Assembly (NCBI GenBank): GCA_963843575.1
Contig: CAWJKZ010000013.1
Span: forward strand, 1-64,000
Source of the DNA: an uncultured Acidobacteriota bacterium
GTDB lineage: Bacteria; Acidobacteriota; UBA6911
Direction: 5' to 3'
DNA length: 64,000 bases
The notes beneath the pieces were generated by a model that was not told the origin of the DNA, did no database searches, and saw only the letters and a list, made by a program, of their open reading frames with translations. A program made the position numbers and the translations under genes. Of the stretch, positions 54,768 through 64,000 are shown in pieces; position 1 is the stretch's first letter; every line of letters starts with the position of its first letter.

Positions 54768-56603
54768 ATGCCGAGCCTCGCGTTTGCCTTCCTTTCTCTG
54801 TTGCTCTGCTCCGCTGTCGCCGGAGCCGCCGACACCAGCGTCCGCGCCGTTTGGGCCGTCAACGACGGCGAACGCATTGAACGCGACGACCTCGCCAACA
54901 AGAACAAGGCCGGGAATTCGGCCTGGGACGGGCGAAGAATCAGGGTTTTCGCCGCCCGGAACGAACTCATCGCGTTCCAGGTCATCGTTGAAGCCGGCGA
55001 CAAGGGCATCGACCGGCTCGGTGTGTCTCTCAACGAACTGGCGCGCCGCGGAGGCAACGGCCGTATCGCCTATGTCGCGCCCGCCAGCGATCCGACCCTG
55101 TACGCCGGCCGGCCCATCCAGCTTTTTTCTGTCAACTACATGAACATCACAACGCCGACCTCGGCCGACTGGATTTTCAAGGTCGGCAAACCCGGTGCCC
55201 CCGCAGACCCGACGGGGTGGAAACCGGTGCAGCTCGTCCCGGAGAACGCCAGGGCGGGCAAAGGGGGATTCCCGGTGAAAGTCGGGCCGCGCCAGAACCA
55301 GGCTTTCTGGATCGAGGTCTATACCAGGCGCGACCTCCCGGCCGGGTTCTACGACGGCAGCGTGCTGATCAAGGCCGACGGCCAGATCCGCAACGTTCCC
55401 GTCGAGCTCGAAGTGTTCGATTTCGCCCTGCCCGACACGAATAGCATGCACGCGATGGTGTACTACTCCGGCGGGCAGCTCGAGCTGTACCACGGCAGGA
55501 ACCTGGACCCCCAATACCACCGGTTTGCCCACCGCAACCGGGTCGAACTGGTCCACGGTTACTCCGTCAATTCCGCCGGGGCCGCCATGGGCCGGCTCTC
55601 CGGGGCCGATTTCACCAAAGCCAACGGGTACGAGGGTCCCGGCGAGAACGTGGGCAACACCATCGTGCCCGCGTCCTTTTACGGCCCAGGGCGGGACTAT
55701 GACGACCGGCAGAGTGCATGGGCGAAATCGGATGCGTGGATGACGTTTCTCCAGGGCAGTTTACCGAAAGCGATTACTTTCCTCTACATGCCCGACGAAC
55801 CGGGCCGCGCGCAGTTCGCCTACATCCGCAAGCTCGCCGAGAACATCCACTCGAATCCCGGGCCCGGCAAAAAGCTGCCCGTGTTCGTGACACGACACTA
55901 CACACCGGAACTCGAGGGTGCTATCGACATCTGGGACTCCGGTCCGGCGGGTTACGACATCGATCAGGCGCGCAAGGAGCGCGCGAAGGGGCGCGATTTC
56001 TGGATCTATAACGGCGGGCGCCCCGCCGGTGGCGCCATCACCAACGACGCACCCGCGACCGACGCGCGCGCCACCATCTGGGCCTGTTTCAAGCACGACA
56101 TCAAGGTCTATTTCTATTGGCACGGCGTTCACTGGGAGCACAACTCCCAGAAACAGGGCGAACGCAAACAGAACGTGTGGGCCGACCCGATCACGTTCGA
56201 CAACCGGGGCCAGCCGAGAAAACCCATCCCCGACCAGGGATTCGCCAACGGCGACGGCGTGCTCATGTACCCCGGGGAGGAGAAGGTCCACCCCGAAGAG
56301 GACCGTGGGATCGCCGGACCCTGCCCGACCATGCAGCTGGCCAACTTCCGCCGGGGCCTGCAGGACCACCAGTACCTGACGCTCGCCCGCAAGCTGGGCC
56401 TCAACGACCTGGTCGAGGAGACTCTGAAAGCGGTTGTTCCCCGCGTCTTCTCCGACGCCAAGGGGAGCGTGGGGTTCGCCGAGGACGGAAACGCCTACGA
56501 GACAGCCCGCCTGAAGCTTGCCCAGGCGATCGCGGCTCTTTCCGGGAGAGTGGGGCGTGGCGGCTCGCCGCCGCCCACCGTTCCTGGCCGCCCGGTGGGT
56601 TGA
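54768..56603 (+). CDS. Secreted DUF4091/GH123-like glycoside hydrolase
   Basis: Signal peptide; ARNELIAFQV, YMPDEP, NGDGVLMYPG, RRGLQDHQYL. Confidence 0.75.
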   Translation: MPSLAFAFLSLLLCSAVAGAADTSVRAVWAVNDGERIERDDLANKNKAGNSAWDGRRIRVFAARNELIAFQVIVEAGDKGIDRLGVSLNELARRGGNGRIAYVAPASDPTLYAGRPIQLFSVNYMNITTPTSADWIFKVGKPGAPADPTGWKPVQLVPENARAGKGGFPVKVGPRQNQAFWIEVYTRRDLPAGFYDGSVLIKADGQIRNVPVELEVFDFALPDTNSMHAMVYYSGGQLELYHGRNLDPQYHRFAHRNRVELVHGYSVNSAGAAMGRLSGADFTKANGYEGPGENVGNTIVPASFYGPGRDYDDRQSAWAKSDAWMTFLQGSLPKAITFLYMPDEPGRAQFAYIRKLAENIHSNPGPGKKLPVFVTRHYTPELEGAIDIWDSGPAGYDIDQARKERAKGRDFWIYNGGRPAGGAITNDAPATDARATIWACFKHDIKVYFYWHGVHWEHNSQKQGERKQNVWADPITFDNRGQPRKPIPDQGFANGDGVLMYPGEEKVHPEEDRGIAGPCPTMQLANFRRGLQDHQYLTLARKLGLNDLVEETLKAVVPRVFSDAKGSVGFAEDGNAYETARLKLAQAIAALSGRVGRGGSPPPTVPGRPVG

Positions 56604-56664
56604 TCGTGCGCGCCGGCTTGCCGGCCGCCCACGCGGTGAGTCGTCCGATTGAAAGGAGCACTGC

Positions 56665-56870
56665 ATGAAGCCGATCCTCGCCGTGGTCCTGGCCGCGCTC
56701 AGCCTGGCCGCGGCGCCGCAGCAGGACGACCCGTTCCGCGTCAAACGAGCCCCCCTGCTGCCGCCCGGTCCGCAGATCACCTCTTACCTGCAGTACCAGG
56801 TAGACCAGGCATGGCGGCAGGACCAGCGGCGCGCCGCCGAATTCGCGGGCATCCGCACGGAAGCCGAGGA
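56665..56870 (+). pseudogene. 5' remnant of a secreted hydrolase gene (acetylxylan-esterase-like N-terminus, from recall)
   Basis: AAGGAG RBS, signal peptide, PGPQITSYLQYQVDQAWRQDQRRAAEFAGIRTEAE, then composition breaks; ORF stops at 56955. Confidence 0.45.
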
Positions 56871-56918
56871 TGCGTGCCGAGTTCAGGTCGAACGGCCGCA
56901 CTCGACAGGAGGTGACAC

Positions 56919-58223
56919 ATGCGCGTCTGGTGCTGCGCGTTACCCCTCGCGATAATGATGCTGTGCCCGGCTGCGCCGCAGCGCCCGGAGTTTCCGCCCG
57001 ATGTGCGGATGGCCCAGCTGGTCCAGGCAAATATCGTCGCGGTGCACGCGTACCAGGTATTGCTTGCCAGGCGGGCGGCGAAAGGGGACTCCGCCTGTTA
57101 TTCCGCCGGATCCCTGTCCGATGCCGGACTGGAGGCGTTGGTCGCCCATCAAGCCGCGCTCCTCGCATCGGATCGCACCGCCCTCAAGGCGTGGACCAAG
57201 GGGCAGCCCTCGAAATTCGATCCGGCTGCGGATCTCGATCCCATACTCCAATCGCCGCTCCGGATCCCGGACACCGCGCCGGTCAACGTGTTCTCCGGCT
57301 ACCTGCGCCAGCAGGTCGTCGCCCCCGCCGCGCACGTGCGCGCCATCGCCAACCTGTACCAGACTGTCCTGGAGGTCGACCGGGACGGGGATTTGCTCCA
57401 GGCGGAGTTTGACTTCTACATCGCTCTGGGGCTGCCCGTCTACCTGGGCCGGTTCCAGGTGGAGGGGACCGACGCGGCATTTCTGGCGGTCGGCCGGGAA
57501 CTCGCACCCCTGACCTGCGCATCCCCGTTCGACACGGACGCTGCCGCCTGGCAAATCGCAGGGCGCAAGATCTGGAACTGGGCGGAAAAGAATCTTCACA
57601 TCCGCGACGAGCGGGTTGTCGGGCTGGAGCTCCTGAAAGACCCGGAGTGTGCCCGTCTGCTCCCCGCCATCCGGGCGCTCCCGGCCCTCCGCATCGCTAT
57701 CATCGGCCACTCTTTCACCATGGGGGCGCACTGGTCCTCGCCTTCGAGCTTTGTCCCGATCGTCTCGGCGATGGTGTCGCGCGAAAACCGTCGGGTCGTG
57801 TTCCGGCAGTATCAAGGCGGCGGATTGACGGCCTCGCGCGCGCAGCGGGACTTCTACAAAGAAGCGCTCGCGTGGAAACCGAACAAGGTCCTGCTGGTGG
57901 TTCTCACGCGGCGCGACGAGGACTACAGGGCCCTCAAGGAGATGGGGGAAGGTTTCGCGCAAGCCGGCGTCGAGTGCCTGGTCTTCGACAACATTCACGA
58001 CCCGGAGGCGAGGGATCCCGAGGTTGTGGCGCGATTCAACGCCACGGCCCGGTCCGCGGGAATGACCATCATCGAAGTCGACCGGATCCTCTCGGCGGCC
58101 CCGGACCGCGCGGCGTTTGTCTGTCTGGACGGTATTCACATGACGGAGCCGTACCACCGGCTCATGGCAAAGGAATGGCTCGGGTTTCTCGCGGGAGCCC
58201 GCCCCGCAGGAGGTTCGCGATGA
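56919..58223 (+). CDS. Secreted protein with C-terminal SGNH/GDSL-like hydrolase domain
   Basis: GGAGG RBS; IAIIGHSFT (block I), QGGG, DGIH (block V). Confidence 0.65.
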   Translation: MRVWCCALPLAIMMLCPAAPQRPEFPPDVRMAQLVQANIVAVHAYQVLLARRAAKGDSACYSAGSLSDAGLEALVAHQAALLASDRTALKAWTKGQPSKFDPAADLDPILQSPLRIPDTAPVNVFSGYLRQQVVAPAAHVRAIANLYQTVLEVDRDGDLLQAEFDFYIALGLPVYLGRFQVEGTDAAFLAVGRELAPLTCASPFDTDAAAWQIAGRKIWNWAEKNLHIRDERVVGLELLKDPECARLLPAIRALPALRIAIIGHSFTMGAHWSSPSSFVPIVSAMVSRENRRVVFRQYQGGGLTASRAQRDFYKEALAWKPNKVLLVVLTRRDEDYRALKEMGEGFAQAGVECLVFDNIHDPEARDPEVVARFNATARSAGMTIIEVDRILSAAPDRAAFVCLDGIHMTEPYHRLMAKEWLGFLAGARPAGGSR

Positions 58224-60004
58224 GAGTTACGTGCGGATTTCTGGTTCTTGCTGCCCTGGCAGCCGCGCCCGGCGGCGCGGGCGTGCCGGGTTACGGTCAG
58301 GACCTGCGGGTCGTGGTCGAGAACGGGGTCTCGGTCCGGATGCGGGACGGTACCACGCTCGTGGCCGACGTCTACCGGCCGGGCGAGCCCGGCAAATACC
58401 CGGTCCTGCTGCAGCGCACGCCCTACAACCGGCGCGATCCGGTGACCGGGACCCAGCTGGCGGCCGCCGGCTACGTCGTCATCTTTCAGGACACGCGCGG
58501 CCGCTTTGATTCGGGCGGTGAGTTCTATCCTTTCCGCGACGAAGCCAATGACGGGTTCGACACGGTCGAGTGGGCGGCGGCGCTGGACTACTGCAACGGG
58601 CAGGTCGGCATGTTCGGCGGCTCCTACGTCGGAGCTACCCAGATGCTGGCCGCCACGACCGCGCCCCCGCACCTGGCCGCCATCTTCCCCTACGTGACCG
58701 CCTCCGAGTACTACGACGGCTGGACCTACCAGAACGGCGCCTTCATGCAGTGGTTCGCCGGCTCGTGGACCTCCGGGCTCGCCGAGGACACCCTGCGCCG
58801 CCGCGCCGACTCTCTCTCCCGGCCCCGGGATTGGATCGACCGGCTCCCCGTGGAGGCCTACCGCATCATCGCACTCCCCGAGGTGGCCGAGCTGGCGCAC
58901 TACCACAGGGACTGGATCGAACACGAGCGCGACGACGCCTACTGGCGGCAGTGGCGCGTCTCCGATCACTACGGCCGGATGACCGCAAAAGGGCTGCATG
59001 CGGGGGGGTGGCACGACCTGTTCCTGAAGGGATCGATCGCGAACTACCTCGGCATGCGGAAGGGCGCGGCGACCCAGGCCGCCCGCGACGGCCAGCGGCT
59101 GCTTGTCGGCCCGTGGGCCCACGCGGCCACGTCGCCCGAAGGAAAAATCGGCGACATCGTGTTCGGCCAGGACGCGGTCCTGGATATGAACAGGACCATG
59201 CTCGAGTGGTTCGATTACGCGTTGAAGGGATCGCAGAACGCCTACGCCTCGGGGGCCCCGGTGCGCCTGTTCATCATGGGCGAAAACGCGTGGCGCGACG
59301 AACAAGAGTTCCCGCCGGCCCGCACCCGCTACACCCGCTACTTCCTGCACTCGACGCGGGGCGCGAATTCACTGGCGGGCGACGGCGCCCTGTCCCCCGA
59401 CGCCCCGCACACCGAGCGGGCCGACGTATTCGAGTACGATCCCGCTAATCCCGTACCGACCCTCGGAGGACGCCTTTGCTGCGGCCCGGGGATTCCCCCG
59501 GGACCCTTTGACCAGCGCCCCAACGAGGACCGCCGCGACGTGCTCGTCTTCTCGACGCCGCCCCTGACGCAGGAGGTCGAGGTCACCGGTTATGTCAGCC
59601 TAGATCTGTACGCCTCGACCACCGCGGTCGACACGGATTTCACGGCGCTCCTGGCCGACGTCGAGCCGAACGGTTACGCGCGCTTCCTCACCGACGGAAT
59701 CGTCCGCGGGCGCTACCGCAACTCGACGGAAAAACCCGAACCACTGCAACCGGGCGAGATTCAAAAATACCGGGTCGACCTGTGGGCGACGGGCAACCTG
59801 TTCAAGGCCGGCCACCGGATCCGGCTCTATGTCTCGAGCAGCAATTTCCCGCGCTTCGACCGCAACCTGAACACCGGCGAGCCGATCCTCGGGGCGACTC
59901 GAATGGTCCGGGCGACCCAGACGATTTACCACGACGCCACGCACCCTTCGGCCCTGGTCTTGCCCGTTATCCCGCGCGCATCGCAGGGTGCGCGTGCACG
60001 CTGA
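58220..60004 (+). CDS. CocE/NonD-family serine hydrolase (S15)
   Basis: MRDGTTLVADVY, RTPY, QDTRGR, GGSYVG, GWHD, GPWAH, SSSNFPRFDRN. Confidence 0.93.
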   Translation: MRVTCGFLVLAALAAAPGGAGVPGYGQDLRVVVENGVSVRMRDGTTLVADVYRPGEPGKYPVLLQRTPYNRRDPVTGTQLAAAGYVVIFQDTRGRFDSGGEFYPFRDEANDGFDTVEWAAALDYCNGQVGMFGGSYVGATQMLAATTAPPHLAAIFPYVTASEYYDGWTYQNGAFMQWFAGSWTSGLAEDTLRRRADSLSRPRDWIDRLPVEAYRIIALPEVAELAHYHRDWIEHERDDAYWRQWRVSDHYGRMTAKGLHAGGWHDLFLKGSIANYLGMRKGAATQAARDGQRLLVGPWAHAATSPEGKIGDIVFGQDAVLDMNRTMLEWFDYALKGSQNAYASGAPVRLFIMGENAWRDEQEFPPARTRYTRYFLHSTRGANSLAGDGALSPDAPHTERADVFEYDPANPVPTLGGRLCCGPGIPPGPFDQRPNEDRRDVLVFSTPPLTQEVEVTGYVSLDLYASTTAVDTDFTALLADVEPNGYARFLTDGIVRGRYRNSTEKPEPLQPGEIQKYRVDLWATGNLFKAGHRIRLYVSSSNFPRFDRNLNTGEPILGATRMVRATQTIYHDATHPSALVLPVIPRASQGARAR

Positions 60005-60162
60005 GGTCCTCGCCTATGCGCCAAGCAGACGGTGCGCGGCCGCAGCTACCGGCATGCGCACCTGACGCAGATCGCCGAGTCGGCGATCCAGATGCGGCGC
60101 GACCTGGAGGAGCTCGGCGCGCGCCCCATCACGACCACAGGGTCTTCGCCCGGAACCTATAG
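60005..60162 (+). pseudogene. 3' remnant of a GNAT-like gene
   Basis: YRHAHLTQIAESAIQMRRDLEELGARPI../HRVFARNL* with no 5' part; family match from recall only. Confidence 0.35.
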
Positions 60163-60188
60163 AGGGCGCCGCATCCCGGCGCCCACCC

Positions 60189-61175
60189 TCAGAGGGTGAG
60201 GACGGCCGCGCCGCGGATCTTACCCGCCCGCAGGCGGCCGAGCGCCTCGTTGGCGTCGGCGAGGTCAAACGGTTCGATTTCGGTTCGCACGGGCACTTGC
60301 GGCGCAATCCGCAGCAGCTCGTCCCCGTCCTGCCTCGTGAGGTTCGCCACCGACCGGACGACGCGTTCCCCCCAGAGGATTTCGTAGGGAAACGAAGGGA
60401 TGTCGCTCATGTGGATACCGGCGCACACGACAACTCCGCCTTTCCCGACCGCCCGCAGCGCCTCTGGGACGAGCGCCCCCACCGGTGCGAAGACGATGGC
60501 CGCATCCAGTTCCTCGGGGGGGAGGTCCGTCGACGGACCAACCCAGACTGCGCCGAGTCCCAGCGCGAACTGCTGACCTTCGACGTCGCCGGCCCTGGTG
60601 AAAGCAAACAGCCGCTTCCCCTGGTGCACAGCCACCTGCGCGATGATGTGGGCGGCGGCGCCGAAACCGTAAAGCCCGATCCGCTCCGCTTCGGCTCCGA
60701 TCATCCGGTAGGAGCGGTAACCGATCATCCCGGCGCAAAGCAGCGGTGCCATCTCGGCGTCGCTCACATCCCCACCCAGAGCGAAACAGTAGCGCTGGTC
60801 GGCGACCGTGCAGACCGCGTAGCCGCCATCACGGGTGTAGCCGGTAAAGAGGGCCTTGTCGCACAGGTTCTCGCGGCCTCGCAGGCAGTGTCGGCACGCG
60901 CCACACGACCAGCCGAGCCAGGGTACGCCGACCCGGTCCCCTTCCCTGAAGCCGCGCACGCGCTCCCCGGTTCGCATCACCCGCCCCACAATTTCGTGCC
61001 CGGGCACGAGGGGGAGCTTGGGTCGCGACAACTCTCCATCGAGGATGTGCAGATCCGTCCGGCAGACACCGCACGCGCTGACCTTGATGAGGATTTCGCC
61101 GGGGCCGGGTTCCGGGACCGGCAGGTCCCTCTCCTGCAACGCGTGACCCGCGGCTTCCAACACCATCGCACGCAT
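60189..61175 (-). CDS. Zinc-dependent alcohol dehydrogenase (AdhP-like)
   Basis: GVCRTDLH, GHE, CGACRHC...ENLC, LLCAG, GFGAAA. Confidence 0.94.
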   Translation of the reverse strand: MRAMVLEAAGHALQERDLPVPEPGPGEILIKVSACGVCRTDLHILDGELSRPKLPLVPGHEIVGRVMRTGERVRGFREGDRVGVPWLGWSCGACRHCLRGRENLCDKALFTGYTRDGGYAVCTVADQRYCFALGGDVSDAEMAPLLCAGMIGYRSYRMIGAEAERIGLYGFGAAAHIIAQVAVHQGKRLFAFTRAGDVEGQQFALGLGAVWVGPSTDLPPEELDAAIVFAPVGALVPEALRAVGKGGVVVCAGIHMSDIPSFPYEILWGERVVRSVANLTRQDGDELLRIAPQVPVRTEIEPFDLADANEALGRLRAGKIRGAAVLTL

Positions 61176-61298
61176 GTTATCCCCCACAAGCCCAGGCGTG
61201 GGTCCTTTCGGACCCGCGGCGTTGATGGGGCTACCGGTGCCCCAGGATCGATGATCTGCACTCCGGTCCCAAAGCTGGCTGCGGCCTTGGCGGCCCCG

Positions 61299-62087
61299 CT
61301 AATCACCCGCCACGAGCCAGTTCACCGCATTGCACCAGAACCGCGGATACTGCTCCCAGTACACGAAGTTGCAGCCCCAGTGCGGTGCAGGATCGGACGT
61401 GTACGCGAGCACGCGCCCGGCTCCGAACCGGCCGACGGCGATCATGGGGTCGTCGGTGCCCTCCCAGACCGCGACGACGTCGCAGCCCGCGCGCGGCGCG
61501 ACAGTATTGTAGCCCAGGATGGGCGGCATCTGCGCCAGGTCGAGTCCCGCAAGCACAGGGTGGTCGCACAGAACGGCGCGGCCGCGCCAACCTTCAGTGC
61601 TTTCGCGCAGGTCCTCCCAGCGCAAGCATTCCACCGGCAGGATTTCGCGCAACTGGGTGCGTCCCCAGCCTCCCTTCCCAGCCTCCCCGTTGAAGCTCAG
61701 CCAGCCGCCGAGAAACATCATGTGCACACCCGACCGGAGCGCCTCGACCGTGAGCCGCACACGGTCCGGAAAAGTCAGCGGCACCTTGCCGAACTTGGTC
61801 CGGTCAAAGAAACTGGGAGCCAGCTGAAAATTCTTCGCCTCGACGTCGGAGAAGATGACGACGTCGTAGTCGGAAAGAATCTGCTCGTAGCGGCCCGGCG
61901 GCAGCCCATAGAATTCCCAGGTCGGCACGCTGGTTACGGTGTGGTCTCCTCCGGATTCGATCGCCTCCTTGAGCCATTTTCCGTAGTTGAAGATGTCCGT
62001 CCCCTTCCAGGCGTAGTTGAAGGGCGTTTCCGCAAACATCGGACCGAGCAACACCGCCCAGTCCCCGACATAGTAGACCTTAGCCAT
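61299..62087 (-). CDS. Class I glutamine amidotransferase-like protein (DUF1355 type)
   Basis: YDVVIFSD, MFLGGWLSF, EILPV, SDPAPHW; GGAGG RBS. Confidence 0.8.
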   Translation of the reverse strand: MAKVYYVGDWAVLLGPMFAETPFNYAWKGTDIFNYGKWLKEAIESGGDHTVTSVPTWEFYGLPPGRYEQILSDYDVVIFSDVEAKNFQLAPSFFDRTKFGKVPLTFPDRVRLTVEALRSGVHMMFLGGWLSFNGEAGKGGWGRTQLREILPVECLRWEDLRESTEGWRGRAVLCDHPVLAGLDLAQMPPILGYNTVAPRAGCDVVAVWEGTDDPMIAVGRFGAGRVLAYTSDPAPHWGCNFVYWEQYPRFWCNAVNWLVAGD

Positions 62088-62238
62088 AAGTCCTCCCCTT
62101 GGGCCGAACATCCCATCATACTCTGGAGCCTGGCGGCTCGACCTGGACCTTTTGCGTAGGCCGGGGCTGCAGCGAGATTGGCCTGCGGATTGTGAAGAGT
62201 TGAATTTTGGAGGGGCAGAACAGGGGCGAGAACCTGCG

Positions 62239-62276
62239 GGTCTTCGAGGTGAGCCGTTGGGCCCACCTCGAAGACC
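62239..62276 (-). terminator. Hairpin downstream of the double-receiver gene
   Basis: GGTCTTCGAGGTG ... CACCTCGAAGACC, 13-bp perfect stem; no clear U tail. Confidence 0.5.
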
Positions 62277-62285
62277 GGGGACTGC

Positions 62286-63476
62286 TTAAGCTACGGCGCG
62301 CCTCAGGACGCGGTTGGTCATCGTGTAGAGTTCGTCGGGGGTGAAGGGCTTCGCCATGTAGTCGTTGGCGCCGCACTTGATGGCTTCCACGGCGGTGTCT
62401 ATGGAGGCGTACCCGGTAACGATGACGACCTTGAGGCTGGGCTTGCGCTTCCTGATGTCCGCGACGAGCTCCAGGCCGTTGGCGTCCGGCAACCGCATAT
62501 CCAGCAGCACGAGATCGTAGTTCCCGGCGGAGATGCGGGAGAGCGCCTCCTGGCCGGAGAAGGCTTCTTCCACCTTGAAAGCTTTGCGGGCAAGGGTCTT
62601 GCGGATGCTGTTGACGACGACGGCTTCGTCGTCGACCACCAACACCTTCGGGACGGCCGAGCCCGTGTCGGAGCGCCAGAACCCAACCACCGGAAGGTCG
62701 GATCGCCCCAGCGCGTTGACGTACGCCTCGCTTGTCATCGAGGCCACCTCGCGTCGTGAGAACGGCATGTCGACATCGATCGGATCCGGCACGATGGAGG
62801 TCACGTTGCCCAGCTTGGCCGCTTTTTTGCGCTCGGCGACAATCTGCGGACATTCCGGCTGCTTGCACATGCCGCTCTTGAGCATGCGCTTGCAGGAGCG
62901 CTGACCCAGGCTGCAGTAATCCGGCGCGGGGGGAGCCGGCTGCGCGATGACCGTGAGGTCGGATCGGGTCAGGTGCTCCACGAAGCGCGCCGAAGTGGCT
63001 TCCGCAACCTCGCGGCCGTCAAACGGCATGTCCACATCAATAGGGCCCGATTCCGGCATCTCCCCGTCGCACACGATTCCGGTCGACGTGCCCGACATTA
63101 CCTTCGTAACCGCGGTTTCCAGCTCTTCAGGCGTGAACGGCTTCGGGAGGTAACCCACCGCACCGAACCGGGTTGCCTCGACTGCGGAAGCGATCGACGC
63201 GAATCCCGTGATGATCAGCACTGGAGTTCCAGGCCACCGCTCGCGCACGATCTTCAGCAGCTCGATTCCGCCGGCCTGCGGCATCATCAGGTCCGCGATA
63301 ACCATGTCGAAGCCGGCGCCGGCCTCGAGCGTTTCCAGGGCCGCTGAAACGCACAGCGCCTGCTTCACTTCGTATCCCTTGCGACGCAGTATCTTTTGAA
63401 CGCTCTGGCAGACGGTGGGCTCGTCGTCCACGACCAGGATGTTGCTCTTTTCGGCTACCGTCTCGCTATTTCCCAT
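62286..63476 (-). CDS. Double-receiver response regulator with internal repeat and 4-Cys linker
   Basis: Two REC domains (VVDDE, D, TG, KPF each); PIDVDMPF..RSDL twice; CX6CX8CX4C. Confidence 0.88.
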   Translation of the reverse strand: MGNSETVAEKSNILVVDDEPTVCQSVQKILRRKGYEVKQALCVSAALETLEAGAGFDMVIADLMMPQAGGIELLKIVRERWPGTPVLIITGFASIASAVEATRFGAVGYLPKPFTPEELETAVTKVMSGTSTGIVCDGEMPESGPIDVDMPFDGREVAEATSARFVEHLTRSDLTVIAQPAPPAPDYCSLGQRSCKRMLKSGMCKQPECPQIVAERKKAAKLGNVTSIVPDPIDVDMPFSRREVASMTSEAYVNALGRSDLPVVGFWRSDTGSAVPKVLVVDDEAVVVNSIRKTLARKAFKVEEAFSGQEALSRISAGNYDLVLLDMRLPDANGLELVADIRKRKPSLKVVIVTGYASIDTAVEAIKCGANDYMAKPFTPDELYTMTNRVLRRAVA

Positions 63477-63507
63477 GATCCGCTCCTCGCTGTATGCCTT
63501 GGATAGA

Positions 63508-63522
63508 GCACGCGGCGTGCCA
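63508..63522 (-). promoter_or_regulatory. Sigma54 -24/-12 promoter candidate
   Basis: Minus strand TGGCAC-GCCGC-GTGC, ~30 nt upstream of ATG 63476. Confidence 0.62.
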
Positions 63523-63671
63523 ATGCAGCAGCAAGCGGAATAAATTATGTAACTACATGTAAACAATTAACTTTCTATACTATTCATCCAAGGCGCGTCC
63601 GGATGAGATGCATGTAATCGCCATGCACCCGTGGACCTCACGGTGGAGTCACTGCAGATCAATCCATTCAT

Positions 63672-63684
63672 AATCAATGGCTTA
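63672..63684 (+). promoter_or_regulatory. IHF-binding consensus
   Basis: AATCAA-TGGC-TTA matches WATCAANNNNTTR in the AT-rich upstream region. Confidence 0.5.
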
Positions 63685-64000
63685 TAGCTATCATAGCGAT
63701 CCTCGCCCAGGCGCCTGTCGGCCCAATGCCTGTATATTGTTTATATGCATTACGCACGGGGACGGACATGAGTAAAACCTTGTGATGCAGTACTTTGAGA
63801 GAGAAATTCGGTAAAATTAAGGTGCCTTAAGCGAGATATTTCAGGCCGAAAATCGAGAAAAGGGAGATACAGGGGCATGGCTGTGGGCGGCTGCGCCCTA
63901 TTTTGAGATTTCGGGCTCGAAAACGTGAAATAAACCGGTTTTTTGGGGCAAAAAATCTAGTTAATCATTGTTTATACAAGGGTTGCCTTTGTCCGTCCCC

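Noticed and set aside
51937-55143. 1068-aa plus-strand ORF
   Set aside because: Antisense shadow of the desulfurase and MFS genes; no motifs; typical of high-GC DNA.
60297-62159. 620-aa plus-strand ORF and similar long overlapping ORFs (e.g. 20791-22353, 27421-29013, 47876-49726)
   Set aside because: Opposite-strand shadows of well-supported genes.

Overview
High-GC bacterial chromosomal segment with about 50 mostly housekeeping, envelope and glycan-processing genes. The gene families suggest Acidobacteriota (inference). It shows no rRNA, tRNA, CRISPR array, prophage or transposase. The first 29 nt match the 3' end of the Oxford Nanopore ligation adapter, and ~31.9-38.2 kb is densely frameshifted, so frameshifts should first be read as long-read errors. 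Recognisable genes include thiD, fbaB, a LarA-family epimerase, an archaeal-type thymidylate synthase, an NtrY/NtrX-like pair, aminotransferase-pckA, trmFO-xerC, thiolase, hemG, pncA and a cysteine desulfurase. Best candidates for under-described systems: (1) an ECF sigma factor overlapping a zinc-finger anti-sigma/O6-alkylguanine transferase/Ada Zn-domain fusion with no AraC domain, divergent from an ASCH gene; (2) a self-contained sigma54 module in which an L,D-transpeptidase has a -24/-12 promoter and tandem palindromic enhancer-like sites, followed by a 49-aa membrane protein, an orphan family-5 binding protein, a kinase and an enhancer-binding regulator; (3) an output-less double-receiver protein with a duplicated 30-aa motif around a 4-Cys cluster. 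Also seen: two small palindromic repeat families, four gene remnants and several apparently leaderless genes.
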